Part shown: piece after piece, positions 26,701 through 35,441 of the stretch | How the letters are laid out: every line of letters begins with the position of its first letter | How positions within the stretch are numbered: position 1 is the first letter of the stretch | Assembly: GCA_003543115.1 (NCBI GenBank) | Contig: DPJH01000006.1 | Location: forward strand, 1 to 42,787 | From: Candidatus Moraniibacteriota bacterium | Lineage (GTDB): Bacteria > Patescibacteriota > Minisyncoccia > Moranbacterales > UBA2206 | Direction of reading: 5' to 3' | Length of the DNA stretch: 42,787 nucleotides | Notes under the pieces: model-generated | Database searches by the model: none | Seen by the model: the letters and a program-made list of their open reading frames with translations, nothing else | What the model was told of the DNA's origin: nothing | Position numbers and translations under genes: made by a program

Positions 26701-27309
26701 CCTATCAAGGATATCAATGCCAGTCACGTAGGAAAAAATATCAGTGTCGGCGGAGTGATTTCCAAGATTCACAAGATTTATTTGAAAACGCAAAAAACCA
26801 TGCTTTTTGTCACTATTGAAGACACTGAAAGCAGCATGGAGATATTGGTTTTTCCTAAAGTGCTTGATGTTACAGGCGCCGTTTGGGAGGAAGACAAGGT
26901 TGTTCTGGCCAGTGGAAAAATTTCCGACAAAGACGGCAATTTTAAAATTTTATGCGATTCTGTCAAAGCTATCAATCAAATTGAAGTGGAAAATTTTATG
27001 AGGGTGCTGGCCACTCAAAAAGCTAACGGAGGCACAATAAATCCAGACAAATCGATTGCGTCGAAGACATCATCACACAAGAAAGCGGATGAGCCAAGAA
27101 AAATCATAATCACATTGCCAAGCTCTGCCAATCAAGAGTCTCTCAAAAAGCTTTCCCAATACTTCAATCGCTGCGAAGTCGGCTCAGCAAAAATATATCT
27201 TTCTATCAATAACTCAAGACTTGAGACTCCCTATTGTATAAACCAATCAGAAAATTTAGAAAACAACCTGAAAACCATAATTCCCGAAGCCACTATTGAG
27301 ATATTATAA
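23782..27309 (+). CDS. dnaE: DNA polymerase III alpha subunit
   Basis: PHP domain HLHVHTHYSLLDG, AITDHG; GPGRGSAAGS, FERFLNPERVSMPDVDMDF, KMDFLGL, GYGFNRSHA; C-terminal OB fold. Confidence 0.99.
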   Translation: MPKFTHLHVHTHYSLLDGLAKVDAILDHAKELGMDSLAITDHGVLYGAIEFYIKAKERGIKPLIGCEMYVTANDLHSKNPTAEDRKRYHLILLAKNEKGYKNLMKLISIAHLEGFYYKPRIDRKILHEHAEGLIALSACAEGEVPAHIIMGDLQKAEELALEYKSMFAPGDFYFEIQHHPTFANQAIANKGLIELAKKIGVKVVATNDIHYVKKEDNVIQDILLCIQTNRKVDEKDRMNLMDFELYLKSPEEMADHFSYFPEALANTQEVVDKCDLEIKLGETQLPHFDVPEGYTAQTYLEKLCEDGLVKRFGSDITSEHRQRMDYEMGIIEKTGYASYFLIVQDFVNWAKDQGIVVGPGRGSAAGSFVSYLTGITNIDPIKYDLLFERFLNPERVSMPDVDMDFADDRRDDVLQYVRKKYGNDHVAQIITFGTMAARAAVRDAGRALGIPYDFCDKTAKLIPQFSTIEEALEESKEFKDFYGMDPSAKKLIDSAKRLEGVVRHASMHACGVVITKDPVTEYTPLQNITKGGENGGTVTQYSSSTKSSFVEKIGLLKMDFLGLKNLTIIQNTLRIVKKLEGLEVDIDTIPLDDEKTYELLQKAETTGVFQLESSGMKRYLKLLKPTVLEDIIAMVALYRPGPMDWIPDFIARKHGEKKMSYLHPKLEPILNKTYGVAVYQEQVMQIARDLAGFSLGEADVLRKAMGKKIFALIQEQKIKFIEGCVTQGVDRKIGEKVFEYIEPFAGYGFNRSHAACYALIGYQTAYLKAHFPAAFMAALLTSDQDNIDRIAIEVSECRDMEIEVLPPHVNESFEEFAVIIDKETKKSRIRFGLNAIKNVGHNVAHEIVEERKKNNIFKNITDLVERVQTKDLNKKSIEALAKVGALEGLGERNQIVASIENIISHSKTFQKNQNSQQFSLFGASEIALPEISLIDCEPATKKQRLGWEKELMGLYISDHPAREYQEYFSHMGVPIKDINASHVGKNISVGGVISKIHKIYLKTQKTMLFVTIEDTESSMEILVFPKVLDVTGAVWEEDKVVLASGKISDKDGNFKILCDSVKAINQIEVENFMRVLATQKANGGTINPDKSIASKTSSHKKADEPRKIIITLPSSANQESLKKLSQYFNRCEVGSAKIYLSINNSRLETPYCINQSENLENNLKTIIPEATIEIL

Positions 27310-27329
27310 AAGCATTCTCACAATAAAAA

Positions 27330-27608
27330 CTATTTCTGAAATTTTTTCTGACAATCAATCGCCAATTGGATACATTCTTCCGGATCATAACCAAGCTCAT
27401 CGCAAAATGAGATAGTACAAAATATCAGGTTGCCCAATTCTTTTTTTAATTCTTCATCCGTATGAATGTTTCTATCTTTTTCAGCATTTCTTTCCCAGCG
27501 GCAAATATCACCGAAAATCTTTCCCAGACGAACAATGATTTGTCCTAAACCCAACTTTTGACCTTCCCAGATATGGCGACCCTGCTCTAATAGGTTCTTA
27601 ATTTCCAT
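27330..27608 (-). CDS. MazG-like (all-alpha NTP pyrophosphohydrolase fold) small protein, copy 1
   Basis: EELKKELGNLIF...DELGYDPEEC resembles the second MazG helix pair; paralogue at 33261..33542. Confidence 0.6.
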   Translation of the reverse strand: MEIKNLLEQGRHIWEGQKLGLGQIIVRLGKIFGDICRWERNAEKDRNIHTDEELKKELGNLIFCTISFCDELGYDPEECIQLAIDCQKKFQK

Positions 27609-27623
27609 ATTTTTTCAATATTT

Positions 27624-28739
27624 CTATTTAAAATTTATCACTACAATCTCCGGCCGTCCGGAGGTACGCATTGCCGGGCCCCAGGTTCCTGCTCCGCTTG
27701 AAGTATAGATGGAAAAGTCTCTGTCAACCGAAAGCCCGAAATGATATTTTCCGTAAATCAGCCATGTAATCAATTGAAAGGGAAACAATTGTCCTTTATG
27801 GGTGTGTCCCGCCAATTGCAAGCTGACGCCAACTTCTCCGGCATTTTTTGCTTCTGACGGATTGTGATACAGGAGAATGCTGGGTTTTCCAGGATTGAAA
27901 TTTTTTATTTCTCCGATTTTACTTTTAATATCCATGCTTTCCCCTCTTTGCGGATAACTGATTCCCAGAACTTGCATTCCCGCTACATCCGCCATTTCAT
28001 TGTTTAGGATTTTTACTGGCGTGTTTTTTAAAACCGAAAGCGCATTTTCCACCCCAAGATATGTTTCATGGTTCCCAGTAACAAAGTATGTTCCGTCCAG
28101 TGCCTTGATGTCATTGAGCGGACCTACTAATGAATCCAATCTGCCATCCATGCCATCAAATAGATCACCCGTGATAAAAACTATGTCCGGATTTTCAGCA
28201 TTGGTTTTTTCAACTATCGAAGCAAGGAATTTTTTTCCATATACATGGCCCAGATGAATATCGGATAGCTGAACTGCTTTTTTTCCTCGCCATTCTTCCG
28301 GCAAATTTTTTATTCCTATTGTCACATTTTTTATTTTAGGATTGGAAGCGTTCCAAATTCCATATGTGGAAAAAACAAAAGTAAATACAAGCGAAACAAC
28401 AGCCAAACACTTATAATCAAGACTTTTTCCAACAGCCTTAGCAATCCAAACGACCATCCAAGACACGCTGAAAACCATGACCAAATTCCATCCAACAGCC
28501 AGCCACATGCTAGAAACAGAATATAAGGCTCTAGTAAAAGCATTCCCGCTATAATGAGCAATGATTGAAGATAAGATGAAGCCTGTGCTTGATATGAATA
28601 AAGCTACCGCCATCCATATTTTTATATTATTTTTTTCGACATTGAAAAATCTGATCAAAGAAAAATAAATAAAAAAGTGTCCTCCAAGCAATATGATATA
28701 AAAAACAAGCATGGTTACGGCCATTCCCAAAGTATTCAT
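27624..28739 (-). CDS. Membrane-anchored metallophosphoesterase (YkuE-like)
   Basis: About four N-terminal TM helices; SDIHLG, TGDLFD, GNHE, YHNP, GHTH. Confidence 0.92.
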   Translation of the reverse strand: MNTLGMAVTMLVFYIILLGGHFFIYFSLIRFFNVEKNNIKIWMAVALFISSTGFILSSIIAHYSGNAFTRALYSVSSMWLAVGWNLVMVFSVSWMVVWIAKAVGKSLDYKCLAVVSLVFTFVFSTYGIWNASNPKIKNVTIGIKNLPEEWRGKKAVQLSDIHLGHVYGKKFLASIVEKTNAENPDIVFITGDLFDGMDGRLDSLVGPLNDIKALDGTYFVTGNHETYLGVENALSVLKNTPVKILNNEMADVAGMQVLGISYPQRGESMDIKSKIGEIKNFNPGKPSILLYHNPSEAKNAGEVGVSLQLAGHTHKGQLFPFQLITWLIYGKYHFGLSVDRDFSIYTSSGAGTWGPAMRTSGRPEIVVINFK

Positions 28740-28875
28740 TAAATAAAATTAGCTTTTTATTAGCTTAATCTTACGCCACTTATTTATTACAGTCAAAAAA
28801 TCCGATCCCTGATCAAACGCCCTCGAAAACATCATTCATTTTCAAGGGCATTGCTTGTAGAATCAAAAGATTTTC

Positions 28876-29391
28876 CTATTTTTCAAATAAAACCGCGAAA
28901 GAAAAACTTCCCGCGTTTTCAGGCTTTCCTGACGGATTGCTTTTTTCAAAAACCAAGTTTCCGTTTTTAGAGTCTTTCGGATCAAATTCCAGTTCTGCTT
29001 CAAAAGGCATATATGCATCTTTTGATCCATCGCCCTTGCTTTTAGCCCATCCTTGAGCCAAAACAGTTCCTTTATCGTCAAGCAATTTAACAATAAATGA
29101 GGATTCGAAATACCATCCCTTGGCCTCACCGCTTATCTTCATCGGACTTACGACTATCTCATTGACACTCGGGGAACTGACGCGGATATTTATTCCTTCA
29201 GCCACTCTTTGATTATTAACATTATTTTCATTTTTATCCGAAATAGCGCTTTTCTTATCAGCCTCCGTACTTACGTCTTTCTTGCTTATCCAAAAACGGA
29301 CGAAAAAAACCACAACTGCCAGCAATATCGCCGCGATAATAATTTTTTTCCATTTACTGCTATTTGTATTTTGCACAGTTCTTAGGTTCAT
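28876..29391 (-). CDS. Membrane-anchored Gmad2-like immunoglobulin-domain protein
   Basis: N-terminal TM helix; VSSPSVNEIVVSPMKISGEAKGWYFESSFIVKLLD...NPSG. Confidence 0.75.
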   Translation of the reverse strand: MNLRTVQNTNSSKWKKIIIAAILLAVVVFFVRFWISKKDVSTEADKKSAISDKNENNVNNQRVAEGINIRVSSPSVNEIVVSPMKISGEAKGWYFESSFIVKLLDDKGTVLAQGWAKSKGDGSKDAYMPFEAELEFDPKDSKNGNLVFEKSNPSGKPENAGSFSFAVLFEK

Positions 29392-29482
29392 CGATTTTTT
29401 ACTATTAATTTTTTACTTAGTTTATTTTACCAATAAAAGAAAATTGTGCCAATTTTTTTCAATTATTAAAATTTAAATTCTA

Positions 29483-30292
29483 TTATTTAAAATACAATTT
29501 TTCCGCCAGCTTATAAAACGCATTTTTTTGCTGCTCTTCATCAAGAAATGCTCTTATTAATTCTATATAAGGCTGGACAAATTTTAACGGCGTGTTCTCT
29601 CCTGCAAAATCCGTGCCAAACATAACCCTGTTTTTTATGATAGGAAAATAAGTGAATACTCTTCTTAAGTCATCCCTATATTGCTCTTGCAATTTGCGCG
29701 TAGCTTCAGGAGTGTCAAATTCAACCATAACAGCCGATATATCGACATATACATTTTCATTAGAAGCTACCACATTGCCGGTTTCCAAAAAATAAGGAAA
29801 CCCGAAATGAGAAATAACTATATTAGTTTCAGGGCAAAGTTTGGCTAAATCATCGATATGAATCGGATGGGCATATTTCAAAATGGCTCTATCCTCTGGA
29901 TCAAAGCAATCTCCAATATGAAAAATTAATGGTCTCTTATATTTTCCGCAAAGTTTTCCAATCCTTATCACTTTTTCATCATGAGGATAGAAATATTGAT
30001 AGCCTGTATAAAGTTTTATACCTACTATCCTGTCTTCCCGCAAAAGTTCTTCATGTCTTGCTAGCTGCGATTCCAAATCGCTGTCCATGTTGATGCTGCC
30101 TAAAGAAAAGATGCTTGGTTCGCTATCGGTGAATTCCAAAAGCTCTTCAACATCAGGAATCCTAGGAATATCTTGGCTATTCTTGTCAAAATAAGGAATA
30201 GCAATTATTTTTTCCACCGCCCCGCCGCTTTCCTTCTGATATTCTTTCCAGATTTTTTTATTGCAAACATGAGTATGGATGTCTATTATCAT
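29483..30292 (-). CDS. Amidohydrolase-family metalloenzyme
   Basis: IIDIHTH, GIKLY, IFHIGD, ISHFG, VYVDIS, MFGTDF. Confidence 0.9.
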   Translation of the reverse strand: MIIDIHTHVCNKKIWKEYQKESGGAVEKIIAIPYFDKNSQDIPRIPDVEELLEFTDSEPSIFSLGSINMDSDLESQLARHEELLREDRIVGIKLYTGYQYFYPHDEKVIRIGKLCGKYKRPLIFHIGDCFDPEDRAILKYAHPIHIDDLAKLCPETNIVISHFGFPYFLETGNVVASNENVYVDISAVMVEFDTPEATRKLQEQYRDDLRRVFTYFPIIKNRVMFGTDFAGENTPLKFVQPYIELIRAFLDEEQQKNAFYKLAEKLYFK

Positions 30293-30507
30293 ATTTGATA
30301 TTGCTTAAAAAATTATGCCCGATAAATCCTATCGGCTATATATCTCCTTAAGAAGAATTATCCTTAATAAAAGTCTAGCACCCTTGATGCTTTCTTTCAA
30401 TGTCTAGGCTATCTAAATGTTCCGTAGCTTATCCGGTATTCTCCGTTAAATTTCGAGTGTTCTTTGTTAATAAAACAGATTTGGAAACAAAAAAATAAGT
30501 CCCTATC

Positions 30508-31110
30508 CTATGATAAAAAGGCGTGCTTTTCGAACTCCTTCTTTCTATTTTCCATTTCTTCTCGAGCCATGATTCTTGCCGATTCAAAGAAGAAAAAATT
30601 TTTTTCGTCGATTTTGTTCAGCATTCTGTCATAAAGAATATCAAAAGCAAGCTTAGTTCTTCGTAAGTCTGCTGAAAATCCTATTTTTGAAAAACGCCAC
30701 AGCTTGTCTCCATCTCTCATCGCTCCATCTTCTTTGGAAAAGAAATTTTGCCTAGTATCATGTTGCGAGACAATTTCTAAAATAAGTCTCACTAGAGCTG
30801 GAGGGTAACCTGCTTTTTGCAATATTTTTTTAGCCAGCCTCACGCCTTCTTGCTGGTGATTGATGCGGATCTTACGTTCCAGCTCTGGTGCTATGTTCTG
30901 ATCAAATATGACAAAACGCTCTTCTTTGGAAAGCTTGCTCCAACCGATGTCGTGCAAAATAGCGGCAGGAACTGCAATCCTGTCATCGGCATTTTCAATT
31001 TCACACAATTTACTGGCATATTCCGTCACAATTTTCGCATGCCCATCATCATCCCTCTTGTCTTGAAAAGGCAAAGCCAGTTCCCAAATCTTTTCAAATT
31101 CTTGTTTCAT
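30508..31110 (-). CDS. HD-domain phosphohydrolase
   Basis: GHAKIV, AAILHDIGW, HQQEG, QHD, DGDKLW. Confidence 0.88.
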   Translation of the reverse strand: MKQEFEKIWELALPFQDKRDDDGHAKIVTEYASKLCEIENADDRIAVPAAILHDIGWSKLSKEERFVIFDQNIAPELERKIRINHQQEGVRLAKKILQKAGYPPALVRLILEIVSQHDTRQNFFSKEDGAMRDGDKLWRFSKIGFSADLRRTKLAFDILYDRMLNKIDEKNFFFFESARIMAREEMENRKKEFEKHAFLS

Positions 31111-31194
31111 GATTTTAATTACAACGTTAAATCTTTATTGAACTTTCATATTATATCAATAAAAAGAATTTAAAAAAAATAGTGCGTATAAAAA

Positions 31195-31806
31195 CTAAAC
31201 TACAAAAACCAATTCATCATCCGGGATAGCGCTTGCCAAACAATCCGGAAATGAGGTTATGACAAAAAAAGGAAGCTGTTTTGTTTCGAATATTTCCACA
31301 TAAATCATATTGGCAGATTGCAATTCTATCCCTGAAACAGTATTAACAGCAATATTGCTTTCCCCAGCGCACTTGCTTCGAAAAACTTTTTTAACGTTTT
31401 TCTTGTCATCATCGGCCAAGCTTTTTATGGACACGACATTCTTGTCTCCAACGGCGAAATCATATTCAAATGTGAATACGAAGTGCTTGTCTTCTTTTTC
31501 AGCAGTCCAATGAGCTTCATTATTCAAATTGAATGTCATGAATTTTTCCCTGATCAACTCCAGGATTTTTTTCGGATTTTCAATTCCAGGAATGTTTTTG
31601 TAGAATTTTGTTCCTATTGTTTCCAAAGCGTGCTCAACGTCATTCTTGGAAATATGAGAAGCAATAAATTTTTTCTTGGAATAGTCATAATACCAATAAG
31701 GCTTACCTATCAAAGTTTTTTTATAAGCGTCATCAACAAATTCAAAATGACGCAAAATATGGAATTCATTGGTGGGATTTATTTGAAATTTATCTATTAT
31801 ATCCAT
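31195..31806 (-). CDS. Hypothetical protein
   Basis: 203-aa ORF co-oriented with neighbours; no family recognised with confidence. Confidence 0.7.
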   Translation of the reverse strand: MDIIDKFQINPTNEFHILRHFEFVDDAYKKTLIGKPYWYYDYSKKKFIASHISKNDVEHALETIGTKFYKNIPGIENPKKILELIREKFMTFNLNNEAHWTAEKEDKHFVFTFEYDFAVGDKNVVSIKSLADDDKKNVKKVFRSKCAGESNIAVNTVSGIELQSANMIYVEIFETKQLPFFVITSFPDCLASAIPDDELVFVV

Positions 31807-31914
31807 AAGCGATGTCAGAACAAAAAATTTACGATCCGAAGCGCAAAGTATTTAGATAAAGCTTAGTGGACCAGAATATACCTTGCTATACATAATATTG
31901 ATTTTAGTGTCTGT

Positions 31915-32610
31915 TTACTTCTTGATTAATTCAAAAAATAAATATTCCGTGCTTGCATATTTTCCATTTTCTCTCATTTTTTCAGGTAATTTCGGTTCTA
32001 GTTTTCTGTTGATCATAAATAATCTGCTGAATTTTGATTCATAAAAACTCAAGGGTCTATGCAAGTAGTGCTTGGTAAATTTTCGCCCGTCAGTTAGATT
32101 AAAAATCCATGTCCTTTCTTCAATTTTATCATAAGATGCGGGATCAAGATAACATAATCCGGTTTCTTCATTCCATTTATCTGCCATAGGATGAACTATT
32201 CCAACATAAAATTTTCCACCCGGCTTCAAAACTCTCCATGATTCTTCAATAGCTTGATCAGGATCATCAAAAATATGGAGCACCATAATTGAGACTATAT
32301 AATCAAAAGCTTGGTCACCGAATGGCAATTCGCAAGAAGATGCTTTTTTAGTAGGAATATATTTTGACGCTTCTTCAAGCAAGGCATCTGAGATATCCGT
32401 GCCGATAACTTCAGCGCCTTTATCTTGAATAATCTTTCCGAACCAACCTGCACCACATCCATTATCCAAGACTTTCTTGCCTGAAAAATTCTCGTCCCTT
32501 ATTAGTTCCAAAGCTCCTTGGATTTTAGTGATTTTATTTGGCGGATACAGGCCTTTGAGATCTGCCTCAATCCAAGACTTCTCTTTTTCCCACTCATGAT
32601 CTTTAGACAT
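31915..32610 (-). CDS. Class I SAM-dependent methyltransferase
   Basis: VLDNGCGAGW, GTDIS, LPFGDQAFD, RVLKPGG. Confidence 0.93.
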   Translation of the reverse strand: MSKDHEWEKEKSWIEADLKGLYPPNKITKIQGALELIRDENFSGKKVLDNGCGAGWFGKIIQDKGAEVIGTDISDALLEEASKYIPTKKASSCELPFGDQAFDYIVSIMVLHIFDDPDQAIEESWRVLKPGGKFYVGIVHPMADKWNEETGLCYLDPASYDKIEERTWIFNLTDGRKFTKHYLHRPLSFYESKFSRLFMINRKLEPKLPEKMRENGKYASTEYLFFELIKK

Positions 32611-32654
32611 ATGGTATAGTAATTCTAATTAAAAAATACTTAAACTCAATGTTG

Positions 32655-33242
32655 TTATTTATCTACTCTAAACATTTTTCCATGGCCGGGAATTATATAA
32701 TCAGCCATATTTAATAATTTTTTTCTGCTTTCAATCAAATCCTCCATATTCATGCCTTTAGCATGAGAATGATCTTCTTTATTTATATCGATCGCCTGTT
32801 TCTCTCCATCAACCCACCAAATGACATCGCCCGCTATAGCTACTTTGCCTTCCGGAGTATCAACCAAAAGTGAAAGATGTTCAAGCATATGGCCTGGCGT
32901 TTCTATGATTTCAATATCTTCACCCAATATATTTTTATCAAAAACAGTCAACGAGTCTTTATCATATATCAAGTTTGAATCGAAGGTGACATATTTTGCT
33001 TTTTCAAAAATACCAGCAAGCAAGACATGATCCGGATGGCAGTGAGACAAAAAAACATAATCAATATCGTCTGTAGTCAAATTTTCTTCATGCAACGCTT
33101 CCAGTAATTTTTGACGATTACATCCCGGGTCAGTAATTATTTTCTTGTCTTTAACTACAATCAAACAAGCAGTTGAATTGGCTACCCAGCCATTCTCAAG
33201 CTCTTTTGCATACCCTTCGATTAAAACTTTTATTGTCGCCAT
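32655..33242 (-). CDS. Metallo-beta-lactamase-fold hydrolase
   Basis: TDPG, SHCHPDH (HxHxDH), TPGH, AGD, IPGHG. Confidence 0.92.
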   Translation of the reverse strand: MATIKVLIEGYAKELENGWVANSTACLIVVKDKKIITDPGCNRQKLLEALHEENLTTDDIDYVFLSHCHPDHVLLAGIFEKAKYVTFDSNLIYDKDSLTVFDKNILGEDIEIIETPGHMLEHLSLLVDTPEGKVAIAGDVIWWVDGEKQAIDINKEDHSHAKGMNMEDLIESRKKLLNMADYIIPGHGKMFRVDK

Positions 33243-33260
33243 AATTTAAAGAAAAATTGA

Positions 33261-33542
33261 TTATTTTTTAAACTTCTTCTGACAATCGATTGCAAGATTA
33301 ATGCATTCTTCCGGATCAAATCCCAAATCATCACACCATCTGATCGTAGAAAATATGATATTTCCAAGCTCCTTTTTTAGCTCTTCTTCGGTATGAATAT
33401 TTTTATCCTTGAGAGCATCTCTTTCCCAGCGGCAAATATCGCCAAACACCTTTCCCATGCAGACTATGATCTGTCCAAGGCCCAGCCTCTCATTCCCCCA
33501 GATTTCTGCTCGACTTTTTTTCAGAAGACTTTTTATTTCCAT
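33261..33542 (-). CDS. MazG-like small protein, copy 2
   Basis: About 68 of 93 positions identical to 27330..27608 by hand alignment. Confidence 0.6.
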   Translation of the reverse strand: MEIKSLLKKSRAEIWGNERLGLGQIIVCMGKVFGDICRWERDALKDKNIHTEEELKKELGNIIFSTIRWCDDLGFDPEECINLAIDCQKKFKK

Positions 33543-33584
33543 AGTTATAAAAAGTTTGTTAATATTTACCTTACACGGATTACA

Positions 33585-34223
33585 CTAAAAAATTGATCTT
33601 ATTTTTTCATTCAATTTATTTGCAAGCTCTATATGGCTTTCTTTGATAAAATGAACGCCATCTATGCCGACCACAAGTTCGCTAGCGCTAACAAAATGAC
33701 AATTGTTTGTCTTAGCGATTTCTGAATATATTTCTTGCAGCTCTTTGGATTTTTTAGTTCCACTAACATATCTCTTGGACGCATATTCAGCTGTTTCGTT
33801 TATAATTGGTAAAGAAATAATCAGTACTTGAGGATATGTGTTTCGGAATTGGGATTTTCTGCCAAGAATAGTTTTAACAAAATATCTTTCCAGAAGATTC
33901 CCAATTTCCTCTGGAGAATTTTGAAATTTATGTTTCAACTCATTCGTACCAAGCATCAAGACAACCAAATCCAGTGGATCATGGGAATCCAAACAAGGGA
34001 TTAAATATTGGCTGCCATTCCTACCTTCTTTGCCAGGCCTTTCGTCTTCATTGACCAAGGTTCTGCTGTTTAATCCTTCTTCAATAACTTCAAAGTTCTC
34101 ACCCAATAGACTTTGTAGAACTTTCGGAAATCTCACATCTTCCGGAAATCTTTCATGGTCGGTTCCCGGAGCATATCCCCAAGTATATGAATCGCCAAAA
34201 CACAATATTCTTTTCTTTATCAT
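33585..34223 (-). CDS. SGNH/GDSL-family hydrolase
   Basis: CFGDSYTWG, EEGLNSRT, MLGTNE, DGVHF. Confidence 0.92.
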   Translation of the reverse strand: MIKKRILCFGDSYTWGYAPGTDHERFPEDVRFPKVLQSLLGENFEVIEEGLNSRTLVNEDERPGKEGRNGSQYLIPCLDSHDPLDLVVLMLGTNELKHKFQNSPEEIGNLLERYFVKTILGRKSQFRNTYPQVLIISLPIINETAEYASKRYVSGTKKSKELQEIYSEIAKTNNCHFVSASELVVGIDGVHFIKESHIELANKLNEKIRSIF

Positions 34224-34386
34224 TTTGTTAGTATTGAAAAATAAACTAAGTCTATATAAAAATGTTGACTGAATAATTTTTACCTAGCTCGTTCTTATGC
34301 GAAGTATTTTAGCATAGCATGCGCAATATTGTTATTTTTACAAATATTATATATACTGATTTATACGTTTATTATATATTATTTCC

Positions 34387-35292
34387 ATGAAAACCACTAT
34401 TGCCGGCATCCAAAAAGAATATTTGGGCAAAATTGATCACTTAGACCTAGAATTGATCATTGCTCATGCCATCAAAAAACCCCGTGAGTTTGTTCTGATC
34501 CATCCTGAATTCGCGCTGACAAAAAACCAAGAACTACAAACTAAAAACCTCCTAGCCAGAAGGATAAAAGAAGAGCCTTTGGCCTATATTCTGGGCTCCA
34601 GAGAGTTTTTCAGCCTCCCCTTCCTCGTATCTCCTGCCACCCTCATTCCCCGTCCTGAGACAGAATTGATGGTCGAGACGGCACTAGAAGAACTACCTGC
34701 CTCTCCGGCAGGCAAGCTAAAAACTATCATAGATGTCGGAACGGGATCCGGGAATATCATAGTTTCTATTGCCGCAAACTACAAACCACCCGCCTCGCCG
34801 GCAGGCAGGCAAACTACAAACTATTTCGCTATTGATATTTCCAAAGAAGCTTTGAAGATTGCTAAAAAGAATGCCAAGCTCAATGAAGTTTCAGAAAAAA
34901 TAAAATTTCTCCATGGCAGCCTCCTTGAACCATTCATAAAAAACATTTTCTACAAACTAACAACTACCAACCACAAACTAATAATTCTAGCCAATCTTCC
35001 CTACCTCTCCAAAGAAATTTATTCCGCCACTCAGCCGACTGTAAAAAAATATGAACCTAAGCCCGCTCTCTATTCGGCCAAAGCAGGACTCGCCCACTAC
35101 GAAAAACTTCTAAAACAAATAAAGTCACTACGAACTACGAACCATAAACTACAAACCACACTAATGTTTGAGATCAGTCCGGAACAAAAAACAAAAATTT
35201 TTCCGCTTATAAAAAAATATTTTCCCGAAGCACGGATTGAATTCAAAAAAGATCTGGCTCAAAAATGGAGAATATGCAAAATTGAAATCTAA
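34387..35292 (+). CDS. prmC: Release-factor glutamine methyltransferase PrmC/HemK with repeat-derived insertions
   Basis: EPLAYILGSREF, TLIPRPETE, IDVGTGSG, AIDIS, ANLPY, YEP..AL. Confidence 0.93.
   Translation: MKTTIAGIQKEYLGKIDHLDLELIIAHAIKKPREFVLIHPEFALTKNQELQTKNLLARRIKEEPLAYILGSREFFSLPFLVSPATLIPRPETELMVETALEELPASPAGKLKTIIDVGTGSGNIIVSIAANYKPPASPAGRQTTNYFAIDISKEALKIAKKNAKLNEVSEKIKFLHGSLLEPFIKNIFYKLTTTNHKLIILANLPYLSKEIYSATQPTVKKYEPKPALYSAKAGLAHYEKLLKQIKSLRTTNHKLQTTLMFEISPEQKTKIFPLIKKYFPEARIEFKKDLAQKWRICKIEI
34696..34809 (+). repeat. Two GC-rich palindromic mini-elements inside prmC
   Basis: CCTGCCTCTCCGGCAGG (34696-34712) and CCCGCCTCGCCGGCAGGCAGG (34789-34809), both read as PASPAG and flanked by CAAACTA-type heptamers. 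Confidence 0.85.
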
Positions 35293-35312
35293 TTTTTAAA
35301 AAATAATTTTCT

Positions 35313-35351
35313 CCAAACTAAAAATCCGCATGTTAGCGGATTTTTAGTTTG
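35313..35351. terminator. Bidirectional terminator between prmC and the histone-like gene
   Basis: CAAACTAAAATCCGC-ATGTTA-GCGGATTTTTAGTTTG. Confidence 0.85.
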
Positions 35352-35441
35352 TGACCTTTGCTTCAATCAATCAAGGATTTGCGCTTGTGAGCGCATTGTC
35401 CAAGGAGACCGGGCAAAAGTTGATAAATTATCTAAAAAAGA

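Noticed and set aside
23782-27309. Intein or split in dnaE
   Set aside because: Normal length (1175 aa), continuous motifs, no intein or homing-endonuclease signature seen
27330-34223. Integron cassette array
   Set aside because: Genes are co-oriented and short, but I found no repeated attC-like RYYYAAC...GTTRRRY sites and no integrase
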